In this document: positions 37,936 to 48,282 of the stretch, one piece after another | Numbering within the stretch: the stretch's first letter is position 1 | Layout of the letters: each line of letters begins with the position of its first letter | Source: an uncultured Candidatus Saccharibacteria bacterium | GTDB taxonomy: Bacteria > Patescibacteriota > WWE3 > CAZQQZ01 | NCBI GenBank assembly: GCA_964595755.1 | Contig: CAZQQZ010000001.1 | Coordinates: 22,228-86,227 of the forward strand | Length of the DNA stretch: 64,000 bases | Direction: 5' to 3' | Notes under the pieces: generated by a model | Seen by the model: the letters and a program-made list of their open reading frames with translations, nothing else | Databases searched by the model: none | What the model was told of the DNA's origin: nothing | Program-made: the position numbers and the translations under genes

Positions 37936-39021
37936 TTAAATTCCATGACGTAGGAAAGTGGGAATCTCATATTTATCATCAGAAGTGTCTTCCGGTTTCT
38001 TGTTTTCCGGTTCTTCTGGTTCCAAAATCTGTCTCTCTTCTCTTAATTTCTCTAGCGTTCTTGTAGTTTGAGTATCAAAACCGGTAGCGATAACGGTAAT
38101 CCTGATTGAATCCGTCGTCGCTTCATCAATCGAAGCGCCAAAAATAATATTCGCGTCGGGATTCGCCGCCTCGGAAATAATCTTGGCTGCCTTGTCAATT
38201 TCGTGCATCATTAAATCTGACCCGCCAACGACATTAAAGAGAATTCCGGTCGCTCCCTCGATGTTTACATCAAGAAGAGGTGAAAAAACCGCCATTTTTG
38301 CCGCTTTTTCCGCTCTCTCCTCTCCAGAGGCATTGCCAATCCCCATCATCGCTGACCCGGCATTGGTCATAATTGTTCTAACATCGGCAAAATCAACGTT
38401 TATAAGACCGGGCTGTACTATTAAGTCAGAAATTCCCTGTACTCCTTGGGCAAGAATTGAATCGGCGATCCTAAACGCTTCAAGAATGGTAGTCGTCTCT
38501 TTAATCACTTCCAAAAGTTTTTGGTTCGGGATAACAATCAAGGCGTCAACTTTGTCTCTTAGATCATTTACCCCCTTTTCTGCTTGGGATAGACGTACTC
38601 TTCCCTCAAAATCGAATGGCTTGGTGACCACCCCAACCGTCAACGACCCAAGACTTTTAGCAATCGCAGCAATTATCGGAGAGGCTCCCGTTCCCGTTCC
38701 TCCGCCCATTCCCGCGGTCAAAAAAATCATATCGGCCCCCTGAAGGTGATTTTTGATATCCTCACTCGATTCTTCCGCCGCTTTTCTCCCAATTTCCGGG
38801 TTCGCCCCAGACCCAAGCCCTTTTGTTAAATCTTCGCCTATTTGAATTTTTACATCAGCCGCATTTTTACCCAAGGCTTGAGCATCAGTATTGACAGTAA
38901 TAAACTCAACCCCCCGGATCTTACGATCGGAAACCATCGTATCGACGGCATTTCCACCGCCGCCACCAACCCCGACCACCTTAATTCTTGCAAATCTGTC
39001 AATTTCTGGTTTTACAAGCAT
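37936..39021 (-). CDS. ftsZ: Cell division protein FtsZ
   Basis: [24 protein letters not shown] and C-terminal EIPTFLR. Confidence 0.98.
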   Translation of the reverse strand: MLVKPEIDRFARIKVVGVGGGGGNAVDTMVSDRKIRGVEFITVNTDAQALGKNAADVKIQIGEDLTKGLGSGANPEIGRKAAEESSEDIKNHLQGADMIFLTAGMGGGTGTGASPIIAAIAKSLGSLTVGVVTKPFDFEGRVRLSQAEKGVNDLRDKVDALIVIPNQKLLEVIKETTTILEAFRIADSILAQGVQGISDLIVQPGLINVDFADVRTIMTNAGSAMMGIGNASGEERAEKAAKMAVFSPLLDVNIEGATGILFNVVGGSDLMMHEIDKAAKIISEAANPDANIIFGASIDEATTDSIRITVIATGFDTQTTRTLEKLREERQILEPEEPENKKPEDTSDDKYEIPTFLRHGI

Positions 39022-39076
39022 TTTATAAGTTGATACCTGTTTTTGCGAAAAAAATCAAGGGGCAGAGGCAAAAAAC

Positions 39077-40351
39077 CTATGGCAAAAAAGACTTAAACCA
39101 ATCGACAATCCCCCCGAAAAACCTTCTAACTTTCCCTTTTCCAGAAAAAGAACGCTTTGCCGACTGGCTAAAGCCACTCCCATATATTATCAATCCCACT
39201 CCAGTTGAGGAAGCCGGACCGCCAATTTCCTCAATTAAACCTGTTACTCCCGTGGGAACCCCCTCCCTAACCGGTAATTTAAGCTCGTTCTTGGCGATTT
39301 CCACCGATTTATAAGTTAAGGAACCGCCCCCGGTAAGAACCGCCCCAGCCGGCAACATTCCCTCAAAACCGGATCGTTTAATCTCAGAGTTAACCAGTTC
39401 AAAAATCTCTTCCATTCTTACCCTAGTAATGTCATGTAAAAATTTTACCGGTACCGTATTAAAATCAAGGCCAAATTCAGAAACGTCTATCTCATTTCGA
39501 AGTTCTTTTTTAGAAGAGGTCAAATCAACTGGCACCGGCACCCCGTTCAGAGACTTTGCTATCTCTGATAAACGAAATTTTATTGATTCCGCATTCTCAA
39601 GCGAAGTCCTTAAGCCAATCGCCAAGTCGTTGGTAACATGTTTTCCGCCAATCGGGAGTACCGATGAAAAGGCAGGGCTCCCCTCCAAATATATGATAAT
39701 TGAGGTTGTCCCTCCGCCAATGTTAATAAGAACAGTCCCAAGTTCCTTTTCCGTATCAGTCAAAACCGCCTCCGCATCCGCAAGAGCTGAATAAATAATT
39801 CCGTTTTCTGGAACGGAAACGCCCACCTGTTGAACACATTTCGCAAGATTCCGAAGCGAAGTGGAAGAACCAGTAATAATGTTAGTCTCCACCTCAAGCT
39901 TTATCCCACTCATTCCAACAGGATCCTTTATTCCCTCCTGACCGTCAACGATAAAATCCCTAGGAAGAACATGGATAATCTCGCGAGAAGTGGGAAGAGT
40001 AATCGCTTGAGCAACCTCGGTCACTCGCGAAACATCTTCGGCGTCAATCTCCTCGCCCGGATGAGAAACCGCCACCACCCCACGGGAATTCTGGGAGGAT
40101 ACATGACTCCCATTAACGGAAACAAAAGTTGATGACACCGGACACCCCGCCATCCGTTCCGCTCCCTCAAGGCTTTGAGAAATTGCAGTGACCGCCTCGT
40201 CTATGTCAACAACCACCCCACGTCTCAACCCCCTTGAAGGAACGGAACAAACCCCAATAACCGACCGCTTACCTTCAAGAACAGAGGAAATAACCGTGCA
40301 TATCTTCGAAGAACCAATATCAATTCCAGCGACAATTCTTTCTTTAGGCAT
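39077..40351 (-). CDS. ftsA: Cell division protein FtsA
   Basis: GIDIGSSK, IGGGTT, VLTGGG and a C-terminal amphipathic helix. Confidence 0.96.
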   Translation of the reverse strand: MPKERIVAGIDIGSSKICTVISSVLEGKRSVIGVCSVPSRGLRRGVVVDIDEAVTAISQSLEGAERMAGCPVSSTFVSVNGSHVSSQNSRGVVAVSHPGEEIDAEDVSRVTEVAQAITLPTSREIIHVLPRDFIVDGQEGIKDPVGMSGIKLEVETNIITGSSTSLRNLAKCVQQVGVSVPENGIIYSALADAEAVLTDTEKELGTVLINIGGGTTSIIIYLEGSPAFSSVLPIGGKHVTNDLAIGLRTSLENAESIKFRLSEIAKSLNGVPVPVDLTSSKKELRNEIDVSEFGLDFNTVPVKFLHDITRVRMEEIFELVNSEIKRSGFEGMLPAGAVLTGGGSLTYKSVEIAKNELKLPVREGVPTGVTGLIEEIGGPASSTGVGLIIYGSGFSQSAKRSFSGKGKVRRFFGGIVDWFKSFLP

Positions 40352-40380
40352 ATGAGGGCAGACAGCAAGTCTAACTTATT

Positions 40381-41130
40381 TCAGAAACTAACCACTGGGT
40401 TTTGAAACCGTAAATCTACCTTTCTTAAATCTTTACCTTCTATCTTATACTTCAAAAGGATTTGCTTCAAGAGTGAAACCAATTCTATAAAATCAGCGTC
40501 GATTTCAAAAATAGCAGAGGGGCCGTTTTTAATCAAGGCGGAAATCGAGCTCTCAACCACAGAAACCTCGGAAACTGGGATGTTTTTTTCCTTAAGCGCC
40601 GACAAAAGGCTTATCCTTGCCATAATTTTCTCCGCGTTTACAAAGTCCCCAATACTAAGATTATCCTCAAAAACAACTTTGGGCAAGATCAGACTTTCTC
40701 CCGCCTCACAAAAGACTTGTCCATTTTTATCAACGACAAAATTGCCGTTTTTAGCCGAAATTATGGCAAGAGGGGTTCTTTCTGTTATCGAAATGATAAT
40801 AGATTTAGGAAATTTTTTTTCGATTACCGCCCTTTCTATCACGGGAAAGTTACTAGCCGCGCGATCGGAAATATCAGAGCTGTTAATGATAATCAAATTC
40901 TTACCAAAAAGCTGCTCTTTAAAAAAAAGACTGGTATCCTGACCCTCATTGCCTCCAATGTAAGATATTTTATCTATAGAAAAGAAGGTCGACTTTAAAA
41001 AAACCCAATAAAGAAAATAAGAAAGCAAAGCCAAAAGAAAAGTTATCACCACAACTCTTGCAAAAACCTGTCGATTTTTTCGACTCTTAACCTTAAGATT
41101 TAGCTTTCGCCTAAATTTTCTTAAAAACAT
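40381..41130 (-). CDS. ftsQ: FtsQ/DivIB family protein
   Basis: Basic N-terminus, TM helix, POTRA (K.FP....I.I.ER.P) and C-terminal DLRF; dcw position. Confidence 0.85.
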   Translation of the reverse strand: MFLRKFRRKLNLKVKSRKNRQVFARVVVITFLLALLSYFLYWVFLKSTFFSIDKISYIGGNEGQDTSLFFKEQLFGKNLIIINSSDISDRAASNFPVIERAVIEKKFPKSIIISITERTPLAIISAKNGNFVVDKNGQVFCEAGESLILPKVVFEDNLSIGDFVNAEKIMARISLLSALKEKNIPVSEVSVVESSISALIKNGPSAIFEIDADFIELVSLLKQILLKYKIEGKDLRKVDLRFQNPVVSF

Positions 41131-41149
41131 TTCGTAAAGAACCTTACCC

Positions 41150-42280
41150 TTAAAATAGATATTTGATTATTTCAGAAGAGATTGTTTCTGAAGCGTTAAG
41201 GGGTATTTTCTCCCCGAATTTTTTGGCGTTCTCCGAAAGTTCCCTTAGATTCGCAATTACGTTTACAAGAGCTTTTACAAAATCGGAATTTTTCGTTTTG
41301 TCCTGGTCGAGAATCACCGCCGAACCGGCTTTTTCTAAAACTTCCGCATTTTTTCGTTGTTCGTTGTGAGAAACCCAAGGAATTGGTATAAATATTGCCG
41401 GTTTTGCAATCGCCGCCAACTCATAGACTGTGTTGGCGCCACTTCTTCCAACAACTAAAGCGGCGTATCTAAAAAGCAAGCCCGTTTCTTTGGCGGAAAA
41501 GTAATCTTTAACAAAATAATGATCATTTTTAATTTTTTGAAGGGTACTAAAATCGCCAAAAACCGTACTACTACCACATTGGTGGATAACAAAGTAGTCA
41601 ATGGGCAGTAAATCTAAACTCTCCCTAACCAATTCGTTTAAAAAATGGGCCCCCTGCTTACCACCGGTAATGTATATCAGAGGTTTTCCTGATGCTTTTT
41701 TTATAAACTCTCCCAAAATTCCACCTTCGGAAAATGCGGGTGGATTTAAAATCTCCTTCCGGAGCGGCAGTCCAACCAAAGTGACCTTAGACTCTTTCAA
41801 GCCGGGCAAGGAATCTTCCCAAGTAAGAAATATCTTTGAGGCAAATTTTGAGACGACATCATTCGCAAAACCAACGCCGGTTGTCTGCTCATGAGTAAAG
41901 GAGGTAATCCCAAGTATTTTTCCGATTATGACGACAGGAACTGCCAAATATCCACCAAAGGAGACAATCAAATCGGGCTTAATTTTAAGAAGATAATACA
42001 AGGATTGAAAAAACCCAAAAGGAATTCTAATAAGTTTTAGGGGATTATAAGTTCGGTAAAATTTTCCCGCGGACAAATTGTAAAAAGGAATTCCCAAAGA
42101 GGTTACCTCTTTATATTCAGCGCTCTCGTTTTCATCTCCCCACATTGAATGTTTATGCCCAATCCAGTAAATTTCGAAAGAAAAGTGCTTCTTGGCGCTT
42201 TCCAAAGCCTCTATAACCGCAAGCGCGGTCGTATGGTGTCCACCAACAAATACAACTTTTTTAAAAGTTTCTTCAAACAT
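41150..42280 (-). CDS. murG: Lipid II GlcNAc transferase MurG
   Basis: GGH, GGY..VP, HEQ, TGGKQGA, RSGANT and EQ..NA; start at MFEETF. Confidence 0.92.
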   Translation of the reverse strand: MFEETFKKVVFVGGHHTTALAVIEALESAKKHFSFEIYWIGHKHSMWGDENESAEYKEVTSLGIPFYNLSAGKFYRTYNPLKLIRIPFGFFQSLYYLLKIKPDLIVSFGGYLAVPVVIIGKILGITSFTHEQTTGVGFANDVVSKFASKIFLTWEDSLPGLKESKVTLVGLPLRKEILNPPAFSEGGILGEFIKKASGKPLIYITGGKQGAHFLNELVRESLDLLPIDYFVIHQCGSSTVFGDFSTLQKIKNDHYFVKDYFSAKETGLLFRYAALVVGRSGANTVYELAAIAKPAIFIPIPWVSHNEQRKNAEVLEKAGSAVILDQDKTKNSDFVKALVNVIANLRELSENAKKFGEKIPLNASETISSEIIKYLF

Positions 42281-43427
42281 ATTTAGGGGCCGAAAGCGCC
42301 CGAATCGCCGCTCCAAGGGCAAACATTGTTAAAACCAATGACGAGCCGCCATAAGAGATCAGAGGCAGGGGCACTCCGGTTAAAGGCACCACTCCCATCA
42401 TTGCTGACAAATTAAGGATGGTTTGAGCAGAAATCCAAAGAGCCACTCCCGATATTATAGCTTTATCACTAAACTTTTCACCAGCAAGAACTCCCTTTAA
42501 CAACCTAAATATAATAAAAACAAAAAGAAAGACAACGAAAAAACCGCCCACAAAGCCAAACTCTTCACATAAAATCGCAAATATGGAATCGGTAGTCACT
42601 TCCGGGAGGTAGCTATATTTTTGACGGGACTCTCCGGGCCCAAGCCCAAAAATCCCGCCCGAACCCACCGCAATCATTATTTGATTAACGTGATACCCAG
42701 TCGTAAGGGCATCCGCTTCTTCCGGATTAAGGTACGTCTCAAGTCTAGATTTTCTATATGGAGAAATCAAAATAAAGCCAAGAGCAATCAAAAATATAAA
42801 GGGTATTACGGCGAAAAAAAGACGCAAGTCTTCTTTAAGAATAAAAAACATTCCAAACCCAATCGAAGCAATTACGAGACTGGTCCCAAAGTCCGGTTGA
42901 ATAATCACCAACCCGCAAATTAAAAACACCAGGCCTAGGTAAGTAATTATTTCAGAAAGCTTCTCCCTGCCCGGAAGCCAAAAAGCGGCATAAAAAATTA
43001 AGGAGAGCTTTACCAATTCAGAGGGCTGAAACCCCAATCTCCCAATAAAAGGTAATAGAGGAAGGGGAGGCGGATTTAGAAAAAGCCAACGCCTTGCCCC
43101 GTAGATTTTTGGTGAAAAAGGTGTTGGCAAAATAACAAGGAATAGACAAATTATCGAAAAAAACAAAAGAAAAAAAGAAATTTTTTTTAAAAAAACTTGA
43201 TCGAGTTTTAAAGAAATCAGCATCCCAATTATACCAACTAAAACCCAGGCCGCCTGTAATAAAAGGGAGTGATATTTACCTCCAAAAGTATTAACAGAAG
43301 TCACTACCGAAGCATCAAACACCATCACAACCCCGACTAAAAGAAGGAGAAGTACACTGGCAAACAAAGATATTGAGGAATCCCTAGAACGCTCTGGTTT
43401 TCTTTTTTTTTCACCATGTGTAGCCAT
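42273..43427 (-). CDS. ftsW: SEDS protein FtsW
   Basis: QPSELVK, QPDFG, LPEVTTDSIF and LPLISYGGSS; dcw position. Confidence 0.92.
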   Translation of the reverse strand: MATHGEKKRKPERSRDSSISLFASVLLLLLVGVVMVFDASVVTSVNTFGGKYHSLLLQAAWVLVGIIGMLISLKLDQVFLKKISFFLLFFSIICLFLVILPTPFSPKIYGARRWLFLNPPPLPLLPFIGRLGFQPSELVKLSLIFYAAFWLPGREKLSEIITYLGLVFLICGLVIIQPDFGTSLVIASIGFGMFFILKEDLRLFFAVIPFIFLIALGFILISPYRKSRLETYLNPEEADALTTGYHVNQIMIAVGSGGIFGLGPGESRQKYSYLPEVTTDSIFAILCEEFGFVGGFFVVFLFVFIIFRLLKGVLAGEKFSDKAIISGVALWISAQTILNLSAMMGVVPLTGVPLPLISYGGSSLVLTMFALGAAIRALSAPKYV

Positions 43428-43430
43428 ACT

Positions 43431-44759
43431 TCAGCTTTTTCTTTCAATGAAGGCGCCAAGCCCTTTAAGCTTCTCTTCAAATCTTTCGTAACCTCGATCT
43501 ATAAGCTCAACCCCATAAACCTCGCTCTTTCCTTTTGCCGATAGTGCCGCCAAGACTAGAGTCGCTCCCGCTCGAAGATCAACCACCGTTAAACGTCTTC
43601 CACGAAGGTCGGTAGGTCCTGAAATTGAAGCGGCGTACAAACCTTCTTCAGTATAATCAGAAAAACTGTAAACCGAAGGCGCGGCTACCGGATGGTAAAG
43701 AGAAATTTTCGCTCCCATCCGATTAAGCTCTTTAGTATACTCAAACCGATCGGAATAAACGGTTTCGTGAATCGTAGAAACCCCTTCTGCCAAACACAAA
43801 AGCACCGAAAAAGGCTGTTGCCAGTCAGTCATAAACCCGGGATGGGGTGCGGTTACTAAATCGAGACTTTTTAATTTCGTCCCTTCCTCCCGCCAAACCC
43901 GCAGGCTATTTTCCGAAACTTCGTAATCAACCCCCGCTTGTTGAATTTTCGCCAAAAAGGCGATTAAATCTTTGGGACGAGCGTTCTCGATTACTATATC
44001 TCCCTGCGTTACCGACCCAGCTAGAGCAAAGGTAACCGCCTCATTTCTATCAGGAATGATACTATGGGTGGCTCCCTTCAGATTATCTACCCCTTCAACC
44101 TCAATTGTGTTTCTTCCCGCGCCATCCAAAGACCGAGCAATTTTTGCCCCCATTTTCGTAAGAAGTAAAATCAGATCATCAACTTCTGGTTCAAGTGCCG
44201 CCCCAATTATCCTTGTTTTCCCAATACCCAAAACAGAACTTAAGATAACATTCTCGGTCCCCATTACCGTCACTTTTTCAAAAACGACCGATGCTCCTAC
44301 CAATCTTCCGGAGGATTCCGCCGTATAAGCGCCACCCGAATAATCAATCCTGGCCCCCAAGGTTTTAAGGGCATTAATATGTCGATCTAGCGGACGACTT
44401 CCGATTTTGCAACCGCCAAGTTCATATATTTTTGCCTTTCCAAAGCGATAAAGAAGTGGTCCAAGAAGCAAAATCGAAGCTCTTGATTTTGAAGACAACT
44501 CTTTAAAAACTTCGTAGGAGTGAATTTTTTTGCTTGACAGTTTGAGGACATTCGGACGAATATATAGAGCCTCTACCCCCAAACTGCGAAGTATCTCAAT
44601 ATCTACCTCGACATCAGAAATTTCCGGAACATCTTCTAAAATGACGTCTTCGTCGGTCAAAAGCGAGGCGACAATCATTTTAATCGCCGCGTTTTTCGCC
44701 CCGGATAGTTTAACTTTTCCCTTAAGAGGATTTCCACCCTCAATCTGGAAAAAAGACAT
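43431..44759 (-). CDS. murA: UDP-N-acetylglucosamine enolpyruvyl transferase
   Basis: SGAKNA, GGCKIGSRP (catalytic Cys), PGFMTD, DLRAGA and RGYE. Confidence 0.96.
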   Translation of the reverse strand: MSFFQIEGGNPLKGKVKLSGAKNAAIKMIVASLLTDEDVILEDVPEISDVEVDIEILRSLGVEALYIRPNVLKLSSKKIHSYEVFKELSSKSRASILLLGPLLYRFGKAKIYELGGCKIGSRPLDRHINALKTLGARIDYSGGAYTAESSGRLVGASVVFEKVTVMGTENVILSSVLGIGKTRIIGAALEPEVDDLILLLTKMGAKIARSLDGAGRNTIEVEGVDNLKGATHSIIPDRNEAVTFALAGSVTQGDIVIENARPKDLIAFLAKIQQAGVDYEVSENSLRVWREEGTKLKSLDLVTAPHPGFMTDWQQPFSVLLCLAEGVSTIHETVYSDRFEYTKELNRMGAKISLYHPVAAPSVYSFSDYTEEGLYAASISGPTDLRGRRLTVVDLRAGATLVLAALSAKGKSEVYGVELIDRGYERFEEKLKGLGAFIERKS

Positions 44760-44768
44760 AGTTAATAA

Positions 44769-46469
44769 TTAAAGGTCTGGACTAACACCAAAATAAATCG
44801 CCAATTCCTTAGCGGTTTCCATCCAAAGAGGAACCGCCGTTTCCGCAGCGTAGGGGCTTGTGCTCGGTCTCTCTATTTTCACTAGCATAACAAATTTTGA
44901 ACTGCTAGGAAAGAACCCAACAAAGGTGGCGTTTGTAAGGGTGGGATCATATTTTCCACCAACCGGAATTTGGGCGGTCCCCGTTTTTCCGGCAATTTTA
45001 TAATTGGGAAGATTATAATATTTAGATTCTCCCCCGGAAACAGCTTGCGTTAAAAGCCCGACCACTTTCTTCGAGACGTCCGGAGAAATTACCCTCCCAA
45101 TCTTTTTATTTTGAATTGTCTTAGAGGCATTTCCCTTTTTGAGTTCTTTTACAAGTTTAGGCTTCATCAAAATCCCATTGTTAAAAATCGCGGAAAAAGC
45201 ACTTGTTATTTGAAGAGGAGTCACCGATAAGCCCTGTCCAAACGAGGCAGTGGCAAGATCAATCGGATACCAATCCAGAACCTCCTTAAGCTCTCCGGCT
45301 GCTTCTCCTTCAAGATCGACCCCGGTGAAAACACCTAATCCAAATTTTGCAAAATGTGACCTTAAGTTTTTAATACCTATCCTTTGCCCTATCATAGCCG
45401 CCCCAATATTGTTCGAGTGTTGCAAAATACTGGTAACTGTTTCATCTCCGTAGTGTTTTCCATCCCAAGTGTCAATCGTGTAACCACCGATTTCCATCGG
45501 GCCTTCATCGTAAAAATGCGAGTTTTCGTTTATCGCACGGATCTCAAGCCCACTTGCTACCGTTAGCGCCTTCACAACTGATCCGGGCTCATAAGAGGAG
45601 GAAATTGCAATATTCCAAAGAGGCGAATCGATTTCTAAAGGCGAATCATCCTTATTGGAAGGCTTTCCGGGATCCGAAAATGGATAGTTTGCCATTGCCA
45701 AAATCGCGCCGGATGCAGGTTCCATAATAATTATTGTCCCCGTCTCCGCACCATAACGGATAACTCCCTCTTTAATTTTTCTTTCGGCCAAATACTGCAA
45801 AGAACGGTCTATGGTAGTCACAAGCGCGCTTCCATCGGAGGGGGGAATTTTTCTAAACTCTCCATAAGGAATGGGCACCCCCAAAGCATCTTTTTCCTCA
45901 ACCATTCTGCCCGCCCTTCCCTCCAGATCGCCGTTATAAAAACCCTCAAGACCAAAGTAACCTCGCTCCTTGCCAGATTCGTCTTTCGCAACATACCCAA
46001 GAACAGAACCAAGTAACTTTTTTTCTGGGTAACTTCTTCTCGGCTCCTCTTCAAATCCAATCCCGGATAAATTATTTAGCAAAATTTTATCTTTTTCTTG
46101 GAGAGAAATCCCATGTCTTAGAATTAAAAAAGTGAGATCGAGAGACAATTTTTCTTTAATATCTGAAACACATTTTTGGGAATTTTCTGTAAGGACTGAA
46201 CAAATTATCCTTGAGGTTTTTTTTCCATCAGTTATCTTCTTCGGCTCGCCGTAAAGCATATAAAGAATTTCTGTGGTAGCTAGAGGATAACCATCCGACG
46301 AGAAAATGTCCCCTCTCCTTGCCGGAAGCTCATAACTCGCCCAATGCTGATTTTCCGCTAACTTTAAAAACTTACCATGACCCAGAACAGAAATAGAAAA
46401 GAGCCTTCCTAGGATAAGGATGAAAAATACCGAAAGGAAAGCTAGGAGAAGGTTTATCTTTAACCGCAT
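44769..46469 (-). CDS. ftsI: Class B penicillin-binding protein (FtsI-like)
   Basis: RRGDI, SxxK (SVVK), SxN (SNN) and KTGTAQ. Confidence 0.9.
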   Translation of the reverse strand: MRLKINLLLAFLSVFFILILGRLFSISVLGHGKFLKLAENQHWASYELPARRGDIFSSDGYPLATTEILYMLYGEPKKITDGKKTSRIICSVLTENSQKCVSDIKEKLSLDLTFLILRHGISLQEKDKILLNNLSGIGFEEEPRRSYPEKKLLGSVLGYVAKDESGKERGYFGLEGFYNGDLEGRAGRMVEEKDALGVPIPYGEFRKIPPSDGSALVTTIDRSLQYLAERKIKEGVIRYGAETGTIIIMEPASGAILAMANYPFSDPGKPSNKDDSPLEIDSPLWNIAISSSYEPGSVVKALTVASGLEIRAINENSHFYDEGPMEIGGYTIDTWDGKHYGDETVTSILQHSNNIGAAMIGQRIGIKNLRSHFAKFGLGVFTGVDLEGEAAGELKEVLDWYPIDLATASFGQGLSVTPLQITSAFSAIFNNGILMKPKLVKELKKGNASKTIQNKKIGRVISPDVSKKVVGLLTQAVSGGESKYYNLPNYKIAGKTGTAQIPVGGKYDPTLTNATFVGFFPSSSKFVMLVKIERPSTSPYAAETAVPLWMETAKELAIYFGVSPDL

Positions 46470-46475
46470 AAAAGT

Positions 46476-46748
46476 TTAGCGGGAGGCAACGACGGGATTA
46501 GCGACGTAATCAACTTGGGAGAATTTGACCATCCCAAGAGCCTTCGCCCTTGCTTCAATCTTTTTTAGAGAAATTTTCTCCGCAAGCTCTTCCCGCAAAA
46601 TCAAGTTTTCTCTTTCTAAAGTTTCTTTTCTAGCCTCTGTTGCCCGTAGCTCTCCCCCATCCGCACAAAAACAATTTACCGCCACAATTCTTCCAACCGT
46701 GGCGAGAGCAAAAGCAATAATTGCGATCCGGGCAGTCTTTTTGACCAT
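46476..46748 (-). CDS. FtsL-like small bitopic coiled-coil protein
   Basis: TM helix plus coiled coil ending IEARAKALGM; lies between rsmH and ftsI. Confidence 0.7.
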   Translation of the reverse strand: MVKKTARIAIIAFALATVGRIVAVNCFCADGGELRATEARKETLERENLILREELAEKISLKKIEARAKALGMVKFSQVDYVANPVVASR

Positions 46749-46758
46749 AATGATAATG

Positions 46759-47640
46759 TTAACCTGTCTTTTCGTAAGCTCTTAGCTTGGCGCTTCTAGA
46801 TTTAGGATTATTCAAAAGCTCCTCTTCCTTTGCCATTACCGGTTTATCCGTAATCTTCTTAAGCCGCATCTCACTTAACCCATAACCTTTCACGATCCGA
46901 TCCTCAAGGGAGTGAAAGCTAACTACCACCAACCTTCCTCCGGCCTTAAGCAAAGATGCGGCTTGAGGCAGTGAAATTTTCAAATTATCAAGTTCGTTAT
47001 TTACAATAATTCTTAAGGCTTGAAAACATTGAGTCGCCGGATGAATTTTCCCTAACCCAGAAAGGCGTACCTTACTTTTTAAAATTATGTCTGCTAACTG
47101 CTTACAAGTTGATATCTTTTCGCTTTTCCGTGCGTTTACAATATCGCGAGCAATTTTTCGACTCATTTTCTCTTCTCCGTATTCCAAAAAAAGCTGGGCC
47201 AACTCTTTTTCAGTTAGGCCATTTACCAAATCCTTCGCCATAACCGAAAGGTTAGGATTCATACGCATATCTAAATCCGCATCAGAATTTATTGAAAACC
47301 CCCTATTTAAATCGGTAAGTTGGCGCTCGGAAACCCCAAGATCATATAAAACCCCCGAAACTTGACCAAACCCATTCTCATTAGCGATCTTTGAGATATC
47401 AGAAAAGTTCCCTTCCGCTAAAATTAGTTTCTTTTTCTTTATAAAATCCTCAAATAAATTGTTAACGTACGCAATCGCCTCCGGATCTTGATCTATCCCA
47501 AGAACGATCGCCCCTTTTTCTAAAATCCTTCCCGTGTGACCGCCGCCTCCTAAAGTGGCGTCGATAACAACAGAGCCAGAATCAACCTTTAGAAATTCAA
47601 TTGCTTCTTCCAAAAGAACCGGAGTGTGGTAGTTATTCAT
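46759..47640 (-). CDS. rsmH: 16S rRNA m4C1402 methyltransferase
   Basis: HTPVLL, DATLGGGGH, LDMRM, FHSLEDR and SRSAKLR. Confidence 0.96.
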   Translation of the reverse strand: MNNYHTPVLLEEAIEFLKVDSGSVVIDATLGGGGHTGRILEKGAIVLGIDQDPEAIAYVNNLFEDFIKKKKLILAEGNFSDISKIANENGFGQVSGVLYDLGVSERQLTDLNRGFSINSDADLDMRMNPNLSVMAKDLVNGLTEKELAQLFLEYGEEKMSRKIARDIVNARKSEKISTCKQLADIILKSKVRLSGLGKIHPATQCFQALRIIVNNELDNLKISLPQAASLLKAGGRLVVVSFHSLEDRIVKGYGLSEMRLKKITDKPVMAKEEELLNNPKSRSAKLRAYEKTG

Positions 47641-48043
47641 TCGTAACCTCCCGTTCAATTTTCTTCAAATTTTCGGTCCAAACCGATTCTTCCCAAATCT
47701 CAAAATGATCCCCCGCCCCAAGAACAACAGCCTTCTCGTTTATCCCCGCGTATGATTTAAGGTTTCCAGGCAGGACAAATCTCCCTTGACGATCCATCGC
47801 TACCTCAGACGCCCCCGAATACATATAGCGTTTTAAATTTCGGCTTCTTGCGTCTGATATCGGCGAGCCGAGTTGCTTAAGCGATTCAACTTCCCAATCA
47901 GACGGGGCGTAACCGAAAATACATTTCTCAAAACCCTTGGAAAGAATGACATCCATGCCGGCAATCTTTTCTCGGATTTTCTTGGGAAGGGCTAACCTAC
48001 AGCCCTCAGTAATATTTTGTTGAAATTCTCCAAGAAACATCAT
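47633..48043 (-). CDS. mraZ: Transcriptional regulator MraZ
   Basis: MFLGE, DRQGRF and GDHFEIW; first gene of the dcw cluster. Confidence 0.94.
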   Translation of the reverse strand: MMFLGEFQQNITEGCRLALPKKIREKIAGMDVILSKGFEKCIFGYAPSDWEVESLKQLGSPISDARSRNLKRYMYSGASEVAMDRQGRFVLPGNLKSYAGINEKAVVLGAGDHFEIWEESVWTENLKKIEREVTNE

Positions 48044-48044
48044 A

Positions 48045-48089
48045 ATTAAATATCACCACTGGTCACCTGTCAAGAACCAATTTGCACCA
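48045..48089 (-). promoter_or_regulatory. dcw promoter with probable MraZ-binding repeats
   Basis: TGGTG/TGGTT/AGGTG/TGGTG boxes at 10-11 bp spacing overlapping TTGACA (48068-48073). Confidence 0.6.
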
Positions 48090-48138
48090 AAAATAGTATT
48101 TTGTCAACGGAGAGATTCGCACGAAAATGCTTTTGGTT

Positions 48139-48262
48139 TTGTAGCTGCGACATTTATGTCGCCAATTGTATTTATTTGAAATTAACCTAATCGACTAACA
48201 TTAATTGGCGAGGCACAGCCAGCCTCGCCGAACGTGAGTCTAGGCGGGCCTCGCAGCTACAA
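48139..48262. repeat. Inverted GTAG-type REP doublet (REPIN-like); the second unit carries a nested element
   Basis: TTGTAGCTGCGACATTTATGTCGCCAATT (48139-48167) and an inverted TTGTAGCTGCGAGG[...]CCTCGCCAATT (48203-48262). Confidence 0.8.
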
Positions 48263-48282
48263 TAATAGAAAGGAATGAAAAT

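Noticed and set aside
38183-38743. Long plus-strand ORF, and similar antisense or overlapping ORFs throughout the track
   Set aside because: These are shadows of well-supported genes such as ftsZ and carry no independent motifs.
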